From positions 41,914,001-41,978,000 of the forward strand of contig NC_087437.1 of assembly GCF_036321535.1 (NCBI RefSeq): 64,000 nucleotides of DNA. The letters run 5' to 3'. Position 1 is the stretch's first letter; each line of letters starts with the position of its first letter. A program made the position numbers and the translations under genes. Positions 1 through 11,667 of this stretch are shown here, piece by piece. Below the pieces are notes generated by a model. That model saw nothing but the letters and a program-made list of their open reading frames with translations, had not been told where the DNA came from and did no database searches. The stretch is from Camelus dromedarius. Taxonomy: Eukaryota.

Positions 1-2845
1 CTGTGTGTTAGGACTGTTTGTAGTGTTTGGGGATACAGCAGTGGGCAGAAGCCCAGTCCCTGCTCTCGGAGAGCTGTGTCGTAGGGAGCCGTGCTGGCTG
101 CTGGAGTGTGTCCGCGGTGGCAGCCGGGACCGCGCCCTCGGAGCGCTCCCTCAGCGCGCAGTCTCGCGGGCTCCTGTATAGCTCTGTGTTGTGTGCTGGT
201 TAAGGCATTTCCCCTCCGAATTGTGAGCTCTTCCTGCCTTTCCACTTCACCGCACATCTCAGCGAAGATGAAATGGCAGCATCTTGGGGAGATAATATAT
301 GTATGAAGCATTTTAAAATGTTAATTCTTCAAAAATAAGTTAAGTGGAAATTAGAGCTTAAAAAAGGACCAAAGTACAAAAATACTAAATTATTTTTCCT
401 GAGTTTCAGAGTGAAGATTGAAAGTTTCTTTAGTATGTGATGAAAGCCCATGAGTTCAGGTCGCAAGGGCATCAAGAGGGGTCTTTAACTTTTGGGGACA
501 ATGACGTATACTCTTAAAATTTAAACTATTTCTAGAGTGACTTTGGCATGGTTAAATTTGGACCAATGTTAATAGTTTTAGTTTATAGTTAAAAACTGAA
601 TTCAGTTAACTAAAATGGGCATTATATATCAAGTAATACATTGGGGAAGAGCTTTGAGTCAGTGAAGTAAAAATGTGGTTCCTATCTTCAAAGCTTGCAT
701 TTGAGCTAGAATATCTACGTACATGAAATGATATAAACTAGTGATCAGGCCACATAAGTACAACTTGAATGTGATTATAGATAAGTAGAGCAAATAACTG
801 GAGACCTAGAATTGGAAGGAGGTGGGAGTGGATTGTTCTAAGTTGAATGTAACTTAAGGAATCGAAAGCATTAAAAAAATCTGCTTAGGTGAAGTTGCAG
901 TTTATTTACCTTTTAAAAAATAGTTAGAATTTCTTTTATTTGAAAAATTAGCAAAGTAAGAATTTTTGGAGAAGATGTAAATATATTTCTAACATGGGGA
1001 ACTAGTATTTAGAATGAAAGAGCAGGGGAGCAAGCCTTCAATATGACATTATTCAGTCAGAACGGAATTGTATTGATTCCGGGGTGTGGATGTTTCTATG
1101 TGGTGGCATTTTCACACAGGCCTTTTCCTTTATTTTATTCTGAACTACATAAATATCAATTAAAGCTTTCTAGTCCAAGTTAACAGATGGCGATGTATGC
1201 TGGATTTATAAACAAAGCCCTAGAACAATACTACACTTAATTGATGAATGCTCTCTCCCTTCTCTGAAGAAAGATTTTGGCCTCCAGTGTGGTTGTCTGA
1301 GAGAGAATTAATGAATTCTTTTCTATGACCTCATGTAGAAGGACTCTCACTATAGAAATAGTTGATTTTTCCCCCCAAGAAGACAACTTGAATACTTGTT
1401 AAGTTGCCTAGTAATTTTGAGTTCACAAAGATGGATTGAAAAAGTATTTGAGCAACTTGTATTAAAGTCACCTTAAAAAAAAAAAAAAAGTCATATTTTT
1501 GTCTTTGGAGTAGAATGATGATTCACAACCAAAAAATAGTACCTAAAATAAAATGCTCAGAAAAGGAGAGCACGTCTAGTTCTGTGATTTCAGGCAAATT
1601 AGATTTATTTTAAACTTTTTTTCTGTGAACTTCCACTTGACATTCTTTAACATGAGATGACACTTTATGCTTAAAATGCACCCTTCCCCACTTACTTAAG
1701 ATAAGTGAAAATGCTGTTTTGTAATAGTGCCATGCAAATGGAATCTTGGGGTTTGGGAAGGTGAGCCCAGGTGTCCACGTCCAGTGGAATGCTCATCCCT
1801 GTGCATAAGAAGGCGAGAGGAGCCGTTTGACCAGTATGACAATGTCGGTAGAAAATACTCATTCTCATTTGTTTGGAAATGATATATTTCAGATTGTGAA
1901 GAAGGCTATCTCATCTCTTCATCGTAGCTTCTTTGAAACAAGCACTAGGTTGATTCAGGTAAATATTTAAATATACTGAAGCATTTGGATTGCAGCAGAT
2001 GGAAAACACTGGCGCCTTTGGTTGAGGGCAATGTGTACAAAATGCTTTTGACTTTAATGATAGCTTTCTGCCTGCTGCCACCCAGGCGTCTTTCTTGTGC
2101 TCCTTGGTTTGAGGGTGGCAGTTCACATAAAAGTTCTGGAGCTTCCTGCCCAAGGCGGCCTTTTGCAGGGAGTTCTCCTGGGGGTGAGTGTCGCATGACT
2201 GCCCTGGGAATGTGTTTACTTGACTAGCTCTTGACGCTTGGATATAGGAGATGAAGAACGCACTGACCTCTTTTTTTGGATGTGTTTTTTTGGTTGTTGT
2301 TTAAGCTCTGATGTAGGTATTTTAGCAACCTTTGAGATAATAATGGCACACACCATATGGAAGTTGTGTGTTGTAGGACCTTAGCTGGGATTGACATTTG
2401 TATAAATCAGCATCCTCCCAGAATTAGGAAGACATGACATCAAAAATATGAATTCATAATTTCTTCTGTTAAGTACTATACATGTCATACCGTTAAAACT
2501 ACACTGTAAGGATCTGGGATGAGGTCTCCATATCCTCTGTCCTATGCTGATTGGGGTAAGAGACTAAATCTGCATTGAGCTGTATTGAGCAATCTGCAAG
2601 GTCCTCATGCCTGTTAAGTTCAGCGTTGGTCTCTGCCTTCCTGCAAAGCCGCCGTTTACCGTTGGAGGGATTTTGTGTGGAGAGCTGCAACTCCAGGTGC
2701 TCCTACTAGTGTTACAGGAGGAGAGACCAGGAAGAATAAGCCAGCAAGCGAATTGGGCTGATAGTGATACAAAGACTTCAGATAATTAGGAAGAACTTTT
2801 GCAGGCAGGACGTTTTAATTTAATTTAATTTTAATTTTTTAATAT

Positions 2846-2846
<1 letters not shown>

Positions 2847-2944
<98 letters not shown>

Positions 2945-2946
2945 TT
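2847..2946. repeat. Compound microsatellite (TATC)11(TATT)14
   Basis: Read directly from the sequence. Confidence 0.95.
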
Positions 2947-4834
2947 TTAGCAGTCAGGACGTTTTTCCCATCAAAACAGGCATCTTGGGGGGATTCCTGT
3001 GTTGCCATTGTCAAGGTCTTACGTTCGCACTCAGTTGTATATACACAGAAGTTTGTGGAGATGGTAAATAATGCCTGGACAGCCACGATCTGGGAAATTG
3101 TCAATATCCTTTAAGATGATGAAATTCAGTTTCTAGTAAGGAAAGAAAGGACCTAGAGCAGTTTTTAAAGTGAGGTGTTTGGTCGGGGAGGGGAGCAAGA
3201 CTGAGTTCTGATCAGTGCTGCGCCTTATTTTTTGGGTCTCTGCTTGTCATGAGAGAAGTATTGTTCCTGGAAATGAAAAAGCGTGGAGGCAGAAACTATT
3301 TCTTTGGGGAAGAAAAAAGATAAGAGGGTGGATTTTTGCACCGCTGGACTAGCTGTGGGCTTGGCAGCCTCGGGAACTGAAACCTTGTCTGTGTGGCTGT
3401 GGAAAATCTCGAATGCTTGGTTTTAAAATGGAAATCACAAACAGGGTCCTAAGACAAAAGAATGACATTAAAATAATAGAGGGTGGAGAAAGAGAAAAAG
3501 ATGAATAAATAAAGCCAGTTATTGTTTTTCTTTTTTTAAAGGATGTATTAGGAATTTGTTTAAACCCCTAAATCAAGAAAACAGAGCTGTGGAAAAATCT
3601 AAAATACGAACAAGTTTTATCTTATGAAAAGTTCATGCTTCACTCTTAGGCCTAGTGCTAATGACATTCAGTTACCTGAAAGAATTATTTAAAAGGGAGG
3701 CTACCCAGTTTCATTAACTGCCTTGCGTCCAGGGCTTCGGAAGATCAGACGTCTCGTGAATTGACTATTGAGCTTGAGTGTGGTTCAACTGTTGCCTTAT
3801 CCTGAGAGCTCTCACCCTTCAGCTCAAAGGCATCCTTTTGAATCTTCAAGTTTTGGCAGTACCCTTGAAGGAATGGAAGCTGCCCGCACCTGCTGTTTCA
3901 CTTTGGCGTAAAGCCAGAAGGCCCAGCTCTCACCTGTAATTTGATGGTTGTCGTTCACTGAGGCCCCAAAGAGGAGTTAGTTACACCTTGAATTGAATGT
4001 GTTTATTAAGGACATTCCATGATTACACATAAAATAAATGTCTGTTAGATTCTCTGCATCTAGCTGTTAGGTAGTTTGAAGTTCTAACTCATCTTTTTTA
4101 TATGAATTTCCTTAGAAATTAGAATCAGCTGAGAACTTCAGTTGCTTAAGTTGTTTCCCAGTGTTTGGAAATAGTGTATTAATGCTTTTTTGAGAATTGA
4201 TTAACTAACCATCAGGGTGTCATTTTAGTCTAATGTTTTAGTTTAAAAGTTGCTGCATAAAGATTGAAAGTTGTGATTTATAGTAGTTTTTCAAAGATTC
4301 ATCTGTCTAGTTGGTCAACTTTTTTATCTGTGTACTACTTTCAGGATTGAGTCAGAGACACTGATTGTTACTAGTAGTTTTCAGTTAATATGAGGAAAAT
4401 GTGAAGTAAGAGTCAGGTTACCTTTTGGATTCTCCCATTTAGCAACCACAGAAATTTGCTTCTGTTTTTACCTCTCCCAATCATCACTATTTTTTCCACT
4501 AATCAGAAATGTAACCCTGGTTTCTGTGGTATTTCTTTTGTCTCACTGGCTCTTTGATCTTTGTTCTCTTTGTTTTTTCTTTACACAGAGCAAACCTTAC
4601 TGACTTGAGTCTGGAATTTTGAGGTAATGGTAGTTATACTAATATTGTGGGGATTTTTATGTTTGTGTGTGAAAAGTGACTGTGTAAAGTGACTTACTGG
4701 GTTTTACAGTTTATAGGTGAAAATCTTAGGAACTTGTTCCATGTAGACATTGTAACAAAGGCATTTATTTGATATGAAAGTTATTTTCTGTCTTTTAAAA
4801 TCTATGTAATATACTGACTACATTGTTAAAGACT

Positions 4835-5015
4835 TTGTTTTTATTAGTGCAGTCTGGGATTCACAGCAAAATTGAGAGGAGGACATGGAGATTTCCCACA
4901 TGCCTCCCTACCTTCCGCACATGCACAGCCTCTCCCATTATCAATCTCCCCCACCAGAGTGGTACAGTTGTTATAATTGATGACTCTACATTGACACATT
5001 GTTATCACCCAACAT
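4835..5015 (-). mobile_element. Old L1 3'-end fragment (L1MC/L1MD-like)
   Basis: ttcacagcaaaattgag...ccaccagagtggtaca...acattgacaca...tatcacccaa resembles recalled antisense L1M 3' ends. Confidence 0.65.
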
Positions 5016-6529
5016 CTGAATACATTTTTGAATGTGGAAAATAAAATTGTGAGCAGTCTTGTAAATTAGAAGGTTGAGTGGCTGTGTTGGTAAAGTTAGT
5101 AATAGGTGACAGATTTTGTATTCATACCTGTTTGCAATTAGTCACGCCTTTTGTCAGTTCCTCAGAGCAATTAGATTAGCACATTAAGTTTTTGGGTTTC
5201 AGAAATGAGCTTCAAAGTGTAAGGTAGTTAATGCTTACCTAATTGGCTAGGAAGAGTGTTTATTTCTTTTTAGGGAAATAATTTCCTCTTGTTTCATATT
5301 ATCCAGCACATTGGTTGAGTGAAATTAATTGTTAACTTGAAACACATTTATTTTCTATGGGTGTAAATATTCCCAGAGTACATTTGACACTTTGATAATA
5401 CTTAATTGTGGATTAGGTTCAGGGTTCCATGTGATATGTTGACATGCAAGTCAGAGGAGCCTATTACATTTACAAAAGTTCAATAACAAGAAACTCATCA
5501 TTAACTAGGATTGCAGGAAGTAAGGAAATAGTGTTTTGGAATTTGCAATCTTTTATGTGTGGGAATTCTTTTCTGTACCAGTCTTGTAAATTAATATGAA
5601 AGCCTGACGAATATATATTTTTTCTCTTATAAACATTTCTCCTACCCCGAAATAATTTGAATAAAGTCAGCTTTATTCCTGTCTGCTGTAGTCATTTACT
5701 TTCTATGGATAAATAGTATTCCTTGTTATTTGCAAGGCTGATGTAACAGCACAGCTGTTATATGCTTGGCATTTCTGCTTCTGGTGAAATGCTATTTGTG
5801 AAGATTTATCTGATCCAGATGTGTGACCGGCAAGCTACATTTCTAATTATAAGGACAGCCAAATTCCATTATAAGCACATCATGGGATTATAGGGCCAGG
5901 AGGCATCTTGAGAGGACATCTAGTTCATTCTCCAGCTTTTCAGCAGGACCACACTTCATAAACCACTCCAGCACTGAACAAAGCAGCAAAGAATGTTCCA
6001 TCCATGTATAGGCTGAATGTGGAATCATTAGGATTATAACTAGAAAAAGAGACGAGTCCTTCTTGTCCAGCCCTCTTGCTTTGTGGGTAAACAGAGTCAG
6101 GCCCAGAGAAGTCTGACTTAATCTGGACTTCTAGGACTCTTCCTAGGACTGCCTCTGCTGTTTTCTGAAGTGGCCTGAGCTGAGGGAGAGAGGGTGGAAG
6201 ACTTGATTGGAAATGCCAGGTTCACATCCAGATGTAGCTCTCTGGTTACTTCATTTAGAAGTGAGAGGTGATGAATTAGTGACGGCTGGATTCCATTGGA
6301 GTTTATTAATCATTTCTGAAACCTAACATGGAATGAGATCTTCCACAATAGCATGTGTATGTGTTTGTGTACACCAGTGATAAAGCACAGAGGAAATTGG
6401 GCTTGCATTTATAGCCAGAGGGTTTGCAAATGTTGTACATAAGCTTACTAAGAATGACATCTCTGAATAAATACGTGATTCTTCAACTTGATTTGACATT
6501 GTTGAGTCTAGGTTTGATTTTACACTAAG

Positions 6530-6900
6530 CTACTGGTGACCCTGTTGCTGTTTGATCATCGCTGACAGGAGACAAGGGACTCTGGCACCACAGACAGGAG
6601 CATACCAAACAGCATGAGCGCCAGCATGCTTGCGTCTGTTCCTCCTTGTTCCTAAGTCCCACAGGGTGATGTGGAGCGTCCAGGTGGAACTGCGTACACA
6701 GTGGGATTGTGGTTCTGCTGAGGGACACTACACTTGGGGAAGCCAGGGCTTTTGTAGCACGCAGTAAGTGAACCTGCTTTTGTCCAGAGGAGAGCCACTA
6801 CCCCATCTGACAAGGTTGTTCACTGTAAACAGAACTCTGAGAAATAGCGTGGACAAAAATGGTCAGGGCTTTGCCTTTTTAGCATACCTGGCATGATGTG
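6530..6900. mobile_element. Possible ancient ERVL-type LTR remnant
   Basis: GC-richer block with motifs reminiscent of old LTRs. Family and ends not established. Confidence 0.25.
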
Positions 6901-7329
6901 GGAAACTGTCTCACAATGATAGTGTCCTGTAATTTCTGTCCATTTGGATGCTGTAAGGAAGACATGATCGAATAAAACACATTAGTGGCAACCTCACAGA
7001 TAGTAAAGGACATTATGCAACTGTTAAAAAGCAAATTCATAGTAAGAGAAATTGGTAAGTGCTGGATAATCAGAAGAATGAAAATGGGAGGAAAATATGA
7101 AGAGCATAACTTTATTCCTTCTGAAATTGACATCTTATTGTGCTATTTCAGGACGTGGTCAGATCACATTATAAATGATCACAACCAGAAAACATCAGGG
7201 ATTTTAAATCTCGTTTCTACACTGTTCAATCCATACGTCTCTTGTGAAATGAAAGTGGTAGCTGTGTGAACCCAGGCACAGGTTTGGCTGTTTCTTCACT
7301 GCATTGTGGCCTTGAGGTGCTTTGCTTTT

Positions 7330-7567
7330 TTAGTTTTTATTTTTTTATTTTTTAGAAAAGTTATTTGTACTCTTTATTTAAAAAAAAAAAAAGAAAAAAG
7401 AAAAAGTTTCCCCCCAAACAATAGGGAGGCATACAAGAGTAAAAGCCTCCTTTTTACAGTGTCCTTCTAGCCCAGCCGGAGTTCACAGAGGTGGCCATAG
7501 TTCTTTGGCCATTGGATCAGGCAACATTAGAAGGGAGAGGAAATGTTAATGATTTTAGTGGCTACTT
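7330..7567 (-). pseudogene. Probable processed retrocopy of an mRNA 3' end (parent gene unidentified)
   Basis: T-rich tail ends at 7353, minus-strand AATAAA at 7373-7378 lies 19 nt from the tail, and the direct repeat TTTGCTTTT flanks it at 7321-7329 and 7568-7576. Confidence 0.6.
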
Positions 7568-7984
7568 TTTGCTTTTGAAGAATCAGAATCTAAGTATGTG
7601 GGACATTTAAGAGGTATTCTGAATGTCTAGAAAGAATCATAATACTGCCTCATAAATCTAGCACTAAAATATTATATGTTCACTTTTCTCAACAGTAACT
7701 AAAGATTGTCTTACTATAACGGGCACTAGCTGGGTCAGGTAATAACATCTTTGTCTTATGGATAAAGAAACTGAGTTCTACAAAACTTACTTTGCCCCGT
7801 GGTTACATGTGAGCTGGGTTAGGCTTCTTACTGCTTAGAAAAGATTTTGGCCCCAAATAAAACCCTTGTAAGACATGAGACTAAATCTGTAGTGCTCTTA
7901 AGTCTGCTTATCCTGCTCTGTTTTTTTAAGTGTCACTTTCTTACGTACTACACAACTTGTTACTTTCATGGCTTGTTTTGCCTT

Positions 7985-8115
7985 ACTAGAATGTGAACTC
8001 GGCCAGAACAAGGGTTTTTTGTCTTTTTGTTTCTCTTGTGCACTGGTGAATTACCAATGTCTGGAACAGCATCTAACCTCTTGTAGGTGCTGAGTAAATT
8101 TGGTGATTAAATGAA
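7985..8115 (+). mobile_element. L2 3'-end remnant
   Basis: ctagaatgtgaactc...gtaggtgctgagtaaatt...ttaaatgaat resembles the L2 tail. Confidence 0.55.
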
Positions 8116-8244
8116 TCGGCACGTGGTATATTATCATACCTGGCGCTGTAGATCAATGAGAGTTCTTAGATAATGTTTCCAGCTTTGGGCAAGCGATTGG
8201 ACATCTCTGGGTAACACTGATCATCTCATCTGATAGGATCAGGT

Positions 8245-8520
8245 TTAATCTGTAAACTGGACAGGGGGACATGGCCTGCAGCAGATTTTGTTTTCGGCTT
8301 TGCAATGTTTTTTAAAATATGGAAGCAACATTTGAAAATTAAGGGGTTTCATATAAAACAGGATTTCTGGTTTCTCATGAAAACCTGGCCGCAGGGGCTT
8401 GGGTCCCTGTGTGGCAGTGAAGGGCGTGAGCCCGGCATCACCTTGCTGTTCAGACAGGGGCATTTGCTCTCTTTGCAGTGGTCCACGCCGCTCTCTGCTG
8501 ACTCCTAGATACTAGGCTGA
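8245..8520 (+). mobile_element. hAT-Charlie fossil, MER102-like
   Basis: caacatttgaaaatt...tttcatataaaacaggatttctggtttctc resembles the recalled MER102 core. A related copy lies near 41155. Confidence 0.5.
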
Positions 8521-9125
8521 CTGCCAGCTGTTCTTTTTCATCATGTGCAGTTTAATTTTTAAGTTTTTAAATATGAAGAAATATTTCTCTGTAGCCATGT
8601 TTTCCAAACGAGGAAACAAGGAAGGTAAACCACTTCACTTGTGCGGCAGTTAGGTGTTTGAGCCTCGCAGCCCCTCGATGTGATGATTATCTAAGACGTC
8701 CGCTTCTTTCAGGTCTAGACTTCTTATGATGGTAGTTAGGATTGCTGGCGGTATGCGACAGGGAAGAGATAGTGGCTCAAGACTTAGAAGAATGAACTTC
8801 AGTGGACGGGGTAGCATGGAATATGAGACTGGGAAAAATGCTTCCTTTGTTGAACGGCTACTGCCTGATGGGTTCAGATGTTGAAAGTGTGTGGCCACAT
8901 TGCTGAGTGCTCAGGTGCAGTGTTTGAAGGGCCCTAAAGGTGTATATTCTCTATTTGTATTATTTTCTGTCTAAGGAGATTGTATTTTTCTATTTGTAAT
9001 AAGTGGCAGGAAATGCAAAAAATGTAGAAAAGTGTTTGGAAAAAGTGATACTTCATCTAGGAAAAGTGGATGTTTTAGGTTTGTTTTTTCCTTAAAGACT
9101 TGAAAAATTGAGCTTTGGATCTCTT

Positions 9126-9247
9126 AAATTTTTTTTTTTTTTTTTTTTTTTAATAAGAGGGAGGTGATTAGGTTTGGGTTTTTTTTTTTTTTTTGAACCC
9201 AGGACCTCATGCATGCTAGGCATGCACTATACCACTGAGCTATCCCC
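9126..9247 (-). mobile_element. tRNA-derived SINE (camelid Vic-1-like), internally deleted
   Basis: Minus strand reads GGGGATAGCTCAGTGGTATAGTGCATGCCTAGCATGCATGAGGTCCTGGGTTCAA (pol III A/B boxes) followed by an A tail. TSD TGGATCTCTT/TGGATCCCTT at 9116 and 9248. Confidence 0.85.
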
Positions 9248-11084
9248 TGGATCCCTTTTAATAGAAGGACAAAGGGCATACTCTTCCTAGAGGAAACTTG
9301 AGTAACTACACAATTTCAAATCATGCTTAATGTGGAAATATGACTTATATTTTTGTCATTATATAGGTGAATAAGATTGTGCAGTCCTTTAGATTCTTGA
9401 ATTCCTTGTTTGATTACAGAGCTAACCATTGAATCCAATTTTCTTTGACTCTTTACCTAAAGATTGGGCTAAATTCTTCCGTGAAGAAAGTGTAAGTGAA
9501 GTGCTGCTAACATATCATTAGTTAATCTCTGTAAAATAAAGATTTCACATAACTTCATTAGGAGAGTTGAAAATAATTAAGTAGCTTGAGCAGTGAACAG
9601 CAGTCCTTGGGAAAAGTTTGTGTGTTCAGAAAAGTTTGACCCTGGAGAGATTCTCATATTAGTTCTTTAAAGTCCAGCATTAAAGAACCTCTGGCTGTTC
9701 AATCCAGAATTCTCAAGCTTACTTGACAGCAGAATTCCTTTTTAACATAAGACGTTATCAGCATGAAGCAGAATATTTGTTCTACGGCATATAGTTTGGA
9801 AACTATCACCTTGGATGCACTTAGAAAAAACCAGAGATACCACATGTAGTTGGTTCCTGTTTCCAAATGGGTTTATCTGTTGCCCTCACCTTTACTTGGG
9901 TTTGCAGTTACATTTCTTCCAGGCTACTCCCAGAGACATCAGGCAGTGACATGGCTAAGACTTAGTGTAGAATCCAGATGGACTGTAGAGGATAGTTTTG
10001 AGTCATCTTTCTTTTGTTTAGAAAACAAATATATCTATATTGATTTCCTATTTTTTGGGTCGTATGCTTCTAGTTAAAGCATGTAACTTACCATGCCTGT
10101 GCTGTCAGCTCCCACTGCAGGTGTAGCCATCTTTTTCTTATCCTGTTGTTTTTTTTGGGGGGGAAACTTACAGTGACTAACATAGATAATACTTGTTTTT
10201 TCAGTAGTTGGCCTGGTTTGGGACTTCGTAGATAGAACCTGATGGACTGGGGGAAAGACAGTGGGATAATTAACATTTTTGGAATTTGATAAGTAAGAGT
10301 GGGTGTATATATGTGTGGGTGTTGTAAAGAGCTTATAACTTGGTTAGGTTTCCTTTATAAACTTAGGTAGAACATACGCTTAGAAATTTGAAGTGATTTG
10401 AGAGGCAAGAGACCTTAACTCTTCCGTTAATCAGTGGTATGACCTCTCAAAAATAAGGGGTGGATTAGATAATCTTGAAGGTGATGCTGACTTTAAAAAA
10501 AAAAACCTTAAAAATTTTATTGTGAATTTTAAGTGCTAAGGTTGTGTTTTTGGAATTAAAATAGGTTGTAACATGCTGCAAGAGAAATCAAACCCTCTTG
10601 GTGGAAAAGTTAATGCTGATGTAAAAATATGATTTGGAATCTTTGGTATTTGCCAGGGGCTACAAAGGATTAAATGATTCTCCATTTGCAGTCTTCTTGT
10701 ACCACATGAAGGCTGCGGGAGAATTTAAGGGCCCTGGGCTGACCTCATTCAGAGATCTGTAGGTTGCCATCCACGATGGCAGTAAGGGTAGTGTAGTGTG
10801 TACTACTGCTGCCTTTGGATCTTGACATTTTTACCATTCATCACCTCAGAGTAAGTAATGAGAAGCTTAGAACCGGGGAAGTGTTTACCACATCTTGTCC
10901 CTGGAAAAGGCTGCAGCCTAAAGATGCTTATTGTTCAAGGTGTGACCTGAGTGAATGTTGTATGGCTATTGTAAGTTTTCTTTAAAGATATGTGGCTAAA
11001 CAAAGTACTTTCTAGGGAAAATTTCTTTCAGCTAGAACTTTATTTATGACTCTGATCCCAAGTTAGTGAAACTACTACATTAGG

Positions 11085-11250
11085 ATCACAGAATTTAGAA
11101 CTGGAAGGGAATTTGCAGATCATCTAGTCCAACCACATCGTGTTGCAGATACATGAAGCCTCTGAGAAACCTAAGTCGCACAGCTGATATTCGTAATAAA
11201 ACAAATTAAACCCAAATCTCCAGATTGCCACCGAGATCCTCTTTCCTCAT
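11085..11250 (-). mobile_element. MIR remnant
   Basis: atcacagaatttagaactggaaggga...agatcatctagtccaacc is typical of antisense MIR/MIR3. Confidence 0.6.
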
Positions 11251-11526
11251 ATTATGTAGATTTCAGGCAATGTATGCAGTGCTAGAATTCCTTGTGACAT
11301 ATTTAAAAAATTGGCGTATAGTTTACATACAGCAAATTGCACAAATCTGAATCTTCACAGGGATATTTTGACATGTAATTGATCATTTAGAAACTGATTT
11401 TAAAGTAAATTCTACAAAAGGTAGCTGTTGTGAGAGTGATATTTGTGTTGACAGCATTCTAAAAAGTATGTGATGTTTAAAGTGATTAGCTTGCACGGAA
11501 GATATTTATCCAGCAGTAAGACTTTT

Positions 11527-11667
11527 TTTTTTAATGTTTCCCTGTGCTATACAGAAGAAATCTGTTTTTTATCTATTTTTATATATAGTGGTTAACATTT
11601 GCAAATCTCAAACTCCCAAATTTATCTTTTCCCACCCCCTTTCCCTGGTAACCATAAGATTGTTTAC
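11527..11667 (-). mobile_element. Short lineage-type L1 3'UTR insertion with target-site duplication
   Basis: ttccctgtgctatacag...ggtaaccataag matches the recalled artiodactyl L1 3'UTR. TSD TAAGACTTTT at 11517-11526 and 11668-11677. Confidence 0.7.
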
